A DNA stretch of 64,000 bases from an uncultured Nitrospiraceae bacterium (GTDB lineage Bacteria > Nitrospirota > Nitrospiria > Nitrospirales > Nitrospiraceae): NCBI GenBank assembly GCA_963706325.1, contig CAVPLT010000001.1:352001-416000 (forward strand), read 5' to 3'. Shown here piece by piece: positions 50,385 to 59,340 of this stretch. The notes below the pieces were generated by a model. The model searched no databases. It saw nothing but the letters and a program-made list of their open reading frames with translations, and was not told the DNA's origin. A program made the position numbers and the translations under genes. Positions within the stretch are counted from its first letter, which is position 1. Each line of letters begins with the position of its first letter.

Positions 50385-50445
50385 GGCGGGACAGTGTGCC
50401 CGATGTGTCGGGTCTTTTCAAGAAAGAGCCCGGTCGAACGAGAGA

Positions 50446-51174
50446 CTACCAGTCCAGCCGCCGATACTGACGCAGGAGGAGCATTGCGCCCCACAACAAC
50501 GCGAGAAGCATCAACACCGTCCCGATGCCGTATGACAGCTGCGCCAGACGATGGTCATGTGGCAGCCAGCCGAGCATGCTAAGGAGATTGTTCCAGTCAT
50601 GCGCATCGACCTCCTGTCCGGTGAACCCCCCGAGCAGTATCAGTTCCATCGCGCGAGCATCGTTGATATACGGCGCGAGGTCCATGAAGTTTTCGGCCAT
50701 CCACCAAAGCGCAACCGAGGCGCCGAATGGATCGCGAGTCTTCCACACAAATGTGACCAGACAGACGAACGGCATGAGGATCTGCCCGAGACTGCCGCCC
50801 AGGATGGTCATGAACCGCCCGAAGGGCATGAACAGCAAATGACCTGCTTCGTGAAACGGCAGATTGACCAAATGCAAAAAGGATTCGCCCGTGTAGTTCG
50901 AATCAAGAGGGGTCGTGATGAACTTCCAGGCCCAAAGCGCCAAGACAACAAATACCAGCATCCTCCCAGCGAAGTAGAAGGGATTCACCGACTCCTCCAC
51001 CGTGAGAAGCCAGTCCTTAGCCAGAGTCAACCAGATGGGTTCTTGGATCGGTAGGTGATGAAACGTAGCGGCAGCGCGTCGTGGCGAAGCCACAAACTTC
51101 GAGAAAATGATTCCGCACCGGTCACACTCAACGCCACCATCGCCCTGTTCCCATGCGCATTTCGGGCAATGCAT
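50446..51174 (-). CDS. Zn-ribbon membrane protein with an HExxH (M50-like) motif
   Basis: CPKC..CDRCG; LPFHEAGH..GGSLGQ..HDW; several TM helices. Confidence 0.8.
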   Translation of the reverse strand: MHCPKCAWEQGDGGVECDRCGIIFSKFVASPRRAAATFHHLPIQEPIWLTLAKDWLLTVEESVNPFYFAGRMLVFVVLALWAWKFITTPLDSNYTGESFLHLVNLPFHEAGHLLFMPFGRFMTILGGSLGQILMPFVCLVTFVWKTRDPFGASVALWWMAENFMDLAPYINDARAMELILLGGFTGQEVDAHDWNNLLSMLGWLPHDHRLAQLSYGIGTVLMLLALLWGAMLLLRQYRRLDW

Positions 51175-51177
51175 CGG

Positions 51178-52137
51178 TCAGCGGAGCACAAATGGTTCCC
51201 AGGAAAACGTCATCGCGAAGATGGCCAATGCAATCCATCCAACCATCAGGCGAGCGCCTCCCAATTCACGATCGGGATTCAGGACCGGCGGATGCGCTAG
51301 CCCCATGATCCCGACCAACCCCACCCACAAGAACCAACCCTTCCACCCCAACCAACCGAACAGCATGAGGATCGGCACGAGCGCGACCGCCACACTACGC
51401 TGCCTCGGGCCCCACATCGCGTACGCCACGTGGCCGCCGTCGAGTTGGCCGATCGGCAGCAGGTTGAGCGAGGTGATAAAAAGCCCGAACCAGGCCGCAA
51501 ACCCGACCGGGTGCAGCACCACATCCGCTGTGGGCGAGAGCGGACCAATCACCAGCCATGACACAAACTGCAACAGCAGCGGTTCTCCCAGATGGAGACC
51601 ATAGCTGGTCTGAGTCGGAACCACTGTCGAGAGTCGGAGACCGATCACCAATGCGACAACCGCGACCACGAACCCGGCGATCGGGCCGGCCACACCGATA
51701 TCGAACAAGGCACGGCGGTCCGTCAAAGGCGCACGCATGCGGATAATGGCGCCGAACGTGCCGACAAAATGCGGCAGGCCCGGCACGAACAATGGGAGTG
51801 AAGTCGGCACACCATGGATGCGTGAGAGGACGTAGTGGCCGAGCTCGTGCGTCACCAATATGCCAAGGAGGGTTGCAGCAAACGGGATCCCTCGCCAGAT
51901 GGCCAGCGGATCGTTGACAAGAAAGTTCCAGGGACCGACGAGAGGATTGGTATTGGTCTGGTAGGCCCCGGCCCACAACACGGTACACACCGTCAGCAGA
52001 AACAAGAGCCCAGGCAGTATCACCGTGGAGAAAAACGGCCGTTCTTCATCGACCCACTCGTCCTCTTCGCTGTCATCGGAAGAAACAGGAATCACGTGAC
52101 CTGAAGACCGATTCAGCCCCGACTCGTCACGGTGCAT
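51178..52137 (-). CDS. Site-2 protease (peptidase M50)
   Basis: HELGH, GTFGAII, AGPIAG, NLLPIGQLDGGH. Confidence 0.95.
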   Translation of the reverse strand: MHRDESGLNRSSGHVIPVSSDDSEEDEWVDEERPFFSTVILPGLLFLLTVCTVLWAGAYQTNTNPLVGPWNFLVNDPLAIWRGIPFAATLLGILVTHELGHYVLSRIHGVPTSLPLFVPGLPHFVGTFGAIIRMRAPLTDRRALFDIGVAGPIAGFVVAVVALVIGLRLSTVVPTQTSYGLHLGEPLLLQFVSWLVIGPLSPTADVVLHPVGFAAWFGLFITSLNLLPIGQLDGGHVAYAMWGPRQRSVAVALVPILMLFGWLGWKGWFLWVGLVGIMGLAHPPVLNPDRELGGARLMVGWIALAIFAMTFSWEPFVLR

Positions 52138-52152
52138 GGAGCCCCTCTAACG

Positions 52153-52989
52153 TTACGCGGCGAACGGATTGTGGAGCAGTTCTTCTCGGACGGTGGTAGC
52201 GGGCCCATGGCCAGGAAAGAGCAGTGTATCAGAGGGCAGTCTCAGCACGCGCCCACGGACGGATTCAAGATGAGTCTGGTACAGCCCGGCAGGATTCGAA
52301 CGACCGATCGAACCGGCGAACAGCGTGTCGCCCACGAAACAGATGGGCGCGCCTGCCTGTTCCACGCGGTAACAGACTCCACCAGGCGTATGACCTGGAG
52401 TCGTCATGAACCGCACCGTCAGCCCGCCTACCTCTAGCATCCCGCCGTCCCTTGGCACAGTCTGTACATTCGGTGAAGGGTGCCAACCGAGGAGGTCAAG
52501 ATCGTCAGGGCCAAGATAGATCGGCACCGGATACGCCTTGAGGATCGCTTCAATCCCCTCCGCATGATCGGAATGACCGTGCGTCAGGCAAATCGCTCGC
52601 AAGCGAAGCTTCCGCTTGACTAGCAGTTCCAACATCCCGCTTGGATTGTAGGCCGTATCGATCAGGATGGCCTCGCCTCGATCATGAACAATGTACCCTT
52701 TGACCTCGTATCCGCCGATGGAGCCATGGACGGTTTCCACATGGTCCATTGAGGCAGGCACAACATGGGGAACCCAACCCTCGGCGACCTGTGAAAGCGG
52801 CTCCTCTCTCAAACCAAGCGCGCGAGCCACCGCCTGCACCTGCTCGCGACCACGCGGGGCCTGGCCGCGCTCCAGCTCAGTCAGTTCGACTTCCGGCAAA
52901 CTGCTTGCGCGGGCGACATCGGCAACCGACCGCTGCTGCCCCGTCCGAGCCTTCTTCAGAATATCGCTCAGTTCGTCTTCAAGTGGCAT
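52153..52989 (-). CDS. MBL-fold metallohydrolase with an N-terminal XRE-like HTH
   Basis: N-terminus KARTGQQRSVADVARASSL..LTELERG; THGHSDH, PGHTPG, GDTLFAGSIG, PGHG. Confidence 0.88.
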   Translation of the reverse strand: MPLEDELSDILKKARTGQQRSVADVARASSLPEVELTELERGQAPRGREQVQAVARALGLREEPLSQVAEGWVPHVVPASMDHVETVHGSIGGYEVKGYIVHDRGEAILIDTAYNPSGMLELLVKRKLRLRAICLTHGHSDHAEGIEAILKAYPVPIYLGPDDLDLLGWHPSPNVQTVPRDGGMLEVGGLTVRFMTTPGHTPGGVCYRVEQAGAPICFVGDTLFAGSIGRSNPAGLYQTHLESVRGRVLRLPSDTLLFPGHGPATTVREELLHNPFAA

Positions 52990-53123
52990 GACATCCAATC
53001 TGTGCAAGAAGCAACAACGTGTCTCGAACGTTCAATACATGCTTCCGATACCTCTCCACCACGCCACGCTGTTGCCGGAAGAGGAACGTGAGAAAACACC
53101 GTTACGCCGGGCGTAACTACAAG

Positions 53124-53368
53124 CCTTCACTGGGCATATCGAACGAACACTCATTCATAGCTTGAGTCGGCAAGTCGGGATGGCTCTCACTGCGCGCGTC
53201 CAACGAGTCCCCCCTCACCACCCCTGCTGGTGCCGCGAAAGGACCGTGGCGACACCTCATGACTGGGGTTGTGGTCATGGGGGCCTTCAATGCGCGTATC
53301 GAACGAGCACATTCTGATCGTGCGCGTTCTACGAGCAAGAAGGACCCTGTGGCCGCGCCCCCAGTCAT
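53124..53368. repeat. Composite intergenic repeat, family B (three degenerate ~24-30-bp units plus a flanking IR)
   Basis: CCTTCACTGGGCATATCGAACGA (53124), CTCTCACTGCGCGCGTCCAACGAG (53184), CCTTCAATGCGCGTATCGAACGAG (53284); IR ATGACTGGGG (53259) / CCCCAGTCAT (ends 53368). Confidence 0.75.
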
Positions 53369-53379
53369 TACTTGCCATC

Positions 53380-54894
53380 TCAACTCTCCGGCGCCAGTGT
53401 AATTTCCTTCACGTCTCCAAAGCCGGCAAGCACCTTCGACAGGGCCTCGCCGGACCCGACGGCCAAAATCCGCAATCGATTGGGATTGAAATGGGTCTTC
53501 GCCGCCCGCTGAATATCTTCTTTCGTCAGCTTCACCACCTTGTCCCGAATCTGCTGTAGCCAATCTTTCGGCAGCCCGTCATATTCGAGATCCATCAGGC
53601 GGCTCACGATGCTTGATGCGCTCGTAAACGAAAAGACAAAGGAGTTCACATAGGCTTCCTTAGCTTCCTCAAGTTCAAGATCGGTCACCGGCTCCGTCCG
53701 CATCCGTTCCATGTTTGCCACGAAGCGATTCACGACCTCCTGAGTCGACGAGAGTTTGGTTTCGGCGCGCATGAGCCATACGCCCTGATCGTACACGCTT
53801 GCGCGAAGGCCGCTCCCCACGGAATAAGCCAAGCCGCGTTTCGTCCGCACATCGTTGAAAAGCCGGCTGCGGAACGAACTGCCTCCCAAAATGTCGTTCG
53901 CGATCGCCACCGCCACATAATCGGGATCGGTCTCTTTAATGGTCAGATGCCCCACCCGCAAGTGGGTCTGTGACGTGTCCTTATTGACGAACCGCACCGC
54001 GCCTGCGTTAAAGTCGGTCTCCGGCACAGCTGGAATCACGATATCGGGGACGGTAGCTTTTGCCCAATCGCCAAACACTTCGCGCAGCAAGGCCAGCATA
54101 GAGGTCTTGTCGAAATCACCCGTGACACCAAGGATAATGCCATTCGGGTGGACCGTGCGCTGATAAAAGGCCACGAGGTCCTCGCGCGTCAGCGAGTCGA
54201 TCGAGCGCGTCGTGGTCTCTCGGGCACTGGGATGCGTGCCGCCGTAAAGCAGTTTGGCGAACTCGCGCCCGACGATGGAGCCCGGACTATCTTGACGGCG
54301 GCGGATACCTTCCAATGCTTGCAATTTGGCCAGATCAACGCGGCTCTCTTCAAATGCCGGCCGGCGCAACAAATCGGCAAAGATGTGCATGCCGCGTTTT
54401 AAATCCTTCTTCAACACATCCAGAGAAGCGGACCCAGACTCTTTGGCAAAACTGATCGACACGTTCGCGGCTAACTGTTCGAGCTCCTCATCGACCTCTT
54501 CGGGAGACATCCCTGTCGAGCCGCCGGTTCGCATCACGGCGCCGGTCATTCCGGCCAAACCGACCTTTTCCGGAGGGTCCAGCCAGCTGCCGGTTTTGAG
54601 CGTGGCGTTCACCGTGACGAGCGGAAGTTCGTGATCCTCAAGCAGGTAGACGACCATGCCGTTTTCTAACACCACGCGATCCGCATCGGGTGGGTTGAAA
54701 TTGACGGTCGGGAAACGCATCGCGCGCGGGTCATTCGCCGCCAGGTCCGCAGCTAGTCCTGGCGCGACCTGTGTGAGCAGCAATAACAGGATAGTCAGCA
54801 GCGAGATCCCCTGTGTCCTCTTCAGCATGCTTGTCTCTCCTTCTACCGCTGCCTGCCCTTCCAATCTTAATCTCTGACGGCTTCCATACGTCAT
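53380..54894 (-). CDS. M16 (pitrilysin-family) peptidase, non-catalytic partner subunit
   Basis: LENGMVVYLLEDHELPLV, ILGGSSFRSRLFNDVRTKRGLAYSV; no HxxEH motif. Confidence 0.9.
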   Translation of the reverse strand: MTYGSRQRLRLEGQAAVEGETSMLKRTQGISLLTILLLLLTQVAPGLAADLAANDPRAMRFPTVNFNPPDADRVVLENGMVVYLLEDHELPLVTVNATLKTGSWLDPPEKVGLAGMTGAVMRTGGSTGMSPEEVDEELEQLAANVSISFAKESGSASLDVLKKDLKRGMHIFADLLRRPAFEESRVDLAKLQALEGIRRRQDSPGSIVGREFAKLLYGGTHPSARETTTRSIDSLTREDLVAFYQRTVHPNGIILGVTGDFDKTSMLALLREVFGDWAKATVPDIVIPAVPETDFNAGAVRFVNKDTSQTHLRVGHLTIKETDPDYVAVAIANDILGGSSFRSRLFNDVRTKRGLAYSVGSGLRASVYDQGVWLMRAETKLSSTQEVVNRFVANMERMRTEPVTDLELEEAKEAYVNSFVFSFTSASSIVSRLMDLEYDGLPKDWLQQIRDKVVKLTKEDIQRAAKTHFNPNRLRILAVGSGEALSKVLAGFGDVKEITLAPES

Positions 54895-56459
54895 GGCTGC
54901 ACCTCACCCACCGCCGCCATTTTTTTATCAGGCACCTTCTTGACGAGCACTCCGACGGTTCGATTCGACTTGGTCAGATACTGGGAGGCCACCCGTTGCA
55001 CGTCCGCGGTGTGACAGCCGCGATCCGGTCGCGTGCGTTCACAATATAGCGCCAACTCCCGGCCACTGTCTGATAAAATGCCAGCTGCGAGGCAAGCCCG
55101 CTATTGGACCGCAACGACCTCACGAGATCCGCGTCGAGTTGTTGAGAACGCTCTCGAATTCCTTCGCCGAAATCGGTTCGGTCTTCAGCCGTTCGAGCTT
55201 CTCGCAGAATGACCGTTTCGACCTCCGCGGTCTGTGCGGGGCGAGCGGCGTCGCAGCAATCACGAACAGGTTCGGCGCGCGCACGCCCGGATAGTTCGTA
55301 TCGGACAACACAGACGCTGCCAGGCGTTTCTCGCGCACGAGCGTGCTGTAGAGGCGCGACGTCACACCTTCTGTCAGTACTTCGTCGATCACGTCGAAGA
55401 CGAAATCATCGGGATGGCCGAGCGTCGGCTTGTGATACCCGATCGCCAGCGCCGGTTCCGCATCGAATTCGACTTCGACCCGTCGCTCACCGCGTTGCGG
55501 AGGCTCCTGCGTTACCAGGGACGGAATAGGAGGCGCGGCCGGGATCTTGCCGAATGTTCCTTCAAGAGGGCGATGACCTCTTTCGGATTGATATCGCCGA
55601 CAATCGCCACGGTCGCATTGTTGGGACCATAATAGGTTTTGAAGAACGCCTCGTCGCAGCCGGCGTGAGGGAAAGAATGTCCGAACGCCCAGCCGATGGT
55701 CGGCACGCCATACTGATGGGCTTGGAACGCGGTGGACGTGAATGTCTCGTAGAGCAGCCCGTTCGGACTGTCGTCGGTTCGGAGCCGTCGCTCCTCCATC
55801 ACTACGCCCCGCTCTTTGTAAAACTCCCGAAGGACGGGATGCGCCATCCGATCTGACTCCAGAGCCGCCCAGAGCGGCAATCGGTTGGCCGGAAGGCTGA
55901 TGACGTATCGCGTAATGTCCTTGCCGGTCGAGGCATTGAGCCCAACTCCCCCATGACGCTGATAGAGCAGCGCTATTTCGTTGCCCACGACATACTCGCC
56001 CGCCTTATCTTGCAATTCTTTGAAACGTCGCTGAAGGCCCGTATTGCCTGGGAAAAGACCGGCGTCTTGCCCTCCGTATGCGCTCGAGCTGTCTCCTCAC
56101 GCTCACGTTCTTCGAGCTCCGTCCCGACCTTGGTCAACTCGGCCAAGGCCGCCTGTTCCTTTTCGAAGTCTCTCGTTCCGACCGTACGCGTCCCTTTGAA
56201 GGCCATGTGTTCATAGAGATGCGCGAGGCCTGTTTGCCCGACCTGTTCATTGACGCCGCCGACTCCAAAGGTCAGGTTGATGCTGACAATCGGCGCTTGA
56301 TGCCGTTCGACCATCAAGACAATCATGCCATTCGCCAACTCGTGCTCAATGACACGGTCCGCCAGGCTTGGAGAGGCCGCATGGCTTGGCGCGGTTGCCG
56401 GAGAGCCGCGGCGAGAATCCAGGACCACTACTGACTTCGTGCTCGAGCGATGCTGTCAT
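54891..56459 (-). CDS. M16 peptidase catalytic subunit, multiple frameshifts (probable assembly indels)
   Basis: LANGMIVL, GLAHLYEHMAFKGT (HxxEH), LNAST, ERGVVMEERR, YYGPNNA, TSRLY across several frames; ATGA overlaps at both ends. Confidence 0.85.
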
Positions 56460-57107
56460 GTAAATAGCTCCATCAATTCTTCCGGTCGTTCAATGAACCA
56501 ATCCGGGCTGGCAAGCCGCCATCTTCTGACGATTGCCCATGCCGTACCCCACTGCGCACACTCGAATGCCGGCGTTGTGTCCGCCGTTAATGTCGTTCGT
56601 GCTGTCGCCGACCAGCACGGTGCGATCTTTCGTCACTCCGAGTTGCTCCATCACGTGCAGCAACATGCCGGGTTCGGGCTTTAGGCCGAACCCGTTGTCT
56701 CCGCCGATGACATAGACGAAGTGCTCAGGTCCCAAGCCGTTCAGAATGACGTTGGTGTATTCGATCGACTTATTGGTCGCCACGGCTTTTTGCTTCTGTC
56801 CGAAAAGTGTTTCAGCACCGATCAATCCCGGGATAGAATTGCGTTCGATCCAGACAATGCGCCAGGTAGTGCCGACGAAATATCCGCAGCGCCTCGTCGA
56901 ATAATCCTGCTTCCTCTCGCCACCGCCAGTCGGCAGCAGCTTCTTGACGCCGTCTCCCACGAAGCCGAAAATTTCTTCCTGCGTCCGTTCCGGCAGCCCA
57001 AATCGCGCAACGTCCGATTCACCGAATCGGCAATGTCCCATTTCGATTCGATCAGCGTGCCGTCGAGGTCGAAAATGAGCAAGCTCGTACGGGTGATTAT
57101 TCGTCAT
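56456..57107 (-). CDS. HAD hydrolase, phosphoglycolate-phosphatase-like, frameshifted
   Basis: LIFDLDGTLI, VGDGV, ATNK, KPEP, VGDSTND across frames. Confidence 0.82.
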
Positions 57108-57669
57108 TATTTCGCCTTTCGCAAATCACCTGCAAGGGCCAGATCGGCCCGGTGCGTCTCCGTCCGTTTCTTCGAGCAGCGCCTGTCGCACGAAGTTCAT
57201 CATGCGCTTCTGTCCCACGTGGGGCGGCAGCATCGGTTCCATGATTTTCCAGCGCCCCTAACACCTTGACCCGAACCCTCACCTGTTCGTCGTCGAGTCC
57301 GGCACAAATCCGGCCGAATCCATATAGATCGATCCGAGACATCTGAAACTCCACGGGAATCAGCGACCTCCAAAGGATTGACCATTTCCCACTTGCGAAA
57401 GTCGTCCGGAACGGAGAATCCACTGATCACGATCGATCTTGCCCCACATCGGCTCTTCCTTCCAGTCGACATAGGGCGCCAGCGTATCGAATGACGCCGC
57501 ATCGAGGCGGCGCCCCTTTGTTGTCGAGCGCAAAATATTTCTGGACGACCTCAGCCGGTGAATGGGAGATGGCATTGGTTTGACGAACGCATCCTTGACC
57601 GGACAGGAGAAATGCCAGCCGATGTAGAAAACACCACGCCCATTATGCCGCCACACCTCGCGCGCTCAT
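57107..57669 (-). CDS. Hypothetical lipoprotein, frameshifted
   Basis: Fragments join to ..LLSGQGC..EVVQKYFALDNKG..APYVDWKEEPMWG..WKIMEPMLPPHVG..RKAK*; TAATG coupling to the HAD gene. Confidence 0.55.
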
Positions 57670-57673
57670 ACGG

Positions 57674-59133
57674 CTATGCCACCTCATGCAATTTCATCAG
57701 ATTGGTTCCACCGGGTTGACCGATCTCTGGTACCGGACAGAATGACGATACGTTGCCCCGGTCTTCACCAAGCCTTCGGCCTTCAGCCGCCGTTCGGCCT
57801 CCTGCACTCGTTCATCGGTCTGTCGAGATCTGCGTCATCGTGTGGGGAAGCACGCCCCAGTATAGGGCCATCTGCCGACGAATCGTCTCGAGTGGAGTAA
57901 AGGCAATAATCTGCGCAACCGGCCGCTGCTTCGACACGAGCCGGGCCGTCATTCCTCGTTCGCTGAACGCGACGATGGCGCCGGCGCCGGTCGCCGCCGC
58001 TGCCGAGGAGGCCGACAGGCAAATCGCCTCCGGGAAGGACTCATGCGGGCAGTGTCCGTCTGCGACCCGCCTGACAAAACCGGGACCCGTTTCGACTTCT
58101 GCCGCCCGCACGATACGGTCCATGACCTGGACCACTTCGACCGGATACTGCCCGACGCCGTTTCGGCCGAGAGCATGACGGCGTCGGTCCCGTCAAAGAC
58201 GGCGTTGGCCACGTCCGAGGCTTCGGCCCGGGTCGGCCGCACGTGTTGCGTCATCGACTCCAGCATTTGCGTCGCGGTGATCACCAATCGACGATGGCGA
58301 TTGGCGGCGGCGATGATGCGCTTCTGCAGCACCGGCACCGCCTCCGGTCCCAATTCCACTCCCAAATCCCCGCGCGCCACCATCACGCCGTCCGCATGGG
58401 CGAGGATGGCTTCCAACTCCGTGACGGCCTCCTGCCGTTCGATTTTAGCGATCACCGGCACATTCCCGCCGCAGTCGGCAATCAGCTGTTTGGCGGCGAT
58501 GATATCTTCCGCTCCACGGACAAAGGAGAGGGCAATGTAATCGACGCCCTGCGCCACGCCGAACCGCAAATCTTCGCGATCCTTGTCCGTCAGCGTCGGT
58601 GCGCTGACGATCGTGCCGGGCAGATTCATGCCTTTGTGAGACGTCACAGGCCCACCCGCTATGACCGTGCATTCTACCGCGCCGTCGACGATTCGATCCG
58701 CTTTCAACTCCACCAAGCCGTCATCAATGAGAATTCTGGCCCCGGGCCGGATGTCTCGGGTCAGTGTGTGATAGGTGACGGGAATCTCCGGGACCGGGGC
58801 CTTCTCGATGACCGTCCGCGCGCCGAGTTGCCCCCCGGAGCGCAGCGCCATCGTTCGCAATCGCACCGTCTGCCCCACGAGAAGCTCCATTCCAACGCCT
58901 GGGATATCGCCGACCCGAATGCGTGGGCCTTGAAGATCTTGAATTATCGCGACCGCGACACCCTGCCGGTCGGCGGTATCACGGATGACCTTGATCGCAT
59001 GGCCGTGTGAATCATGCGTGCCATGGGAAAAATTCAATCGAGCGGCATTCATGCCGCTTTGTATGAGCTGATCCAGGACAGCCTGACCATCGCTTGCGGG
59101 ACCGATGGTGCAGACGATTTTCACTTTTCGCAT
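57674..59133 (-). CDS. pyk: Pyruvate kinase, frameshifted in the 3' third (~58156 and 57720-57830)
   Basis: [51 protein letters not shown]-terminus [12 protein letters not shown] in another frame. Confidence 0.93.
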
Positions 59134-59340
59134 GGCTCAATTCTTCTGTCTTGACAAGAGGCGCCTGGCGCACCATCTTGTCCCTGATGGTGTGACTCTC
59201 GGTTCTAGATCAGATCGGCAATGGGATCATTCTAACAAACACCTTCGCGTGCCGCAAAAGAACATCTCCATACCGAGCAGAGAAATGCGGCGCAGACCCA
59301 TTAAAATTTCCTTATCAACCAGAATCCAACGAGGCATTTC

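Noticed and set aside
53124..53368. Possible mini-CRISPR array
   Set aside because: Units are degenerate, irregularly spaced (60 and 100 bp) and there are no cas genes.
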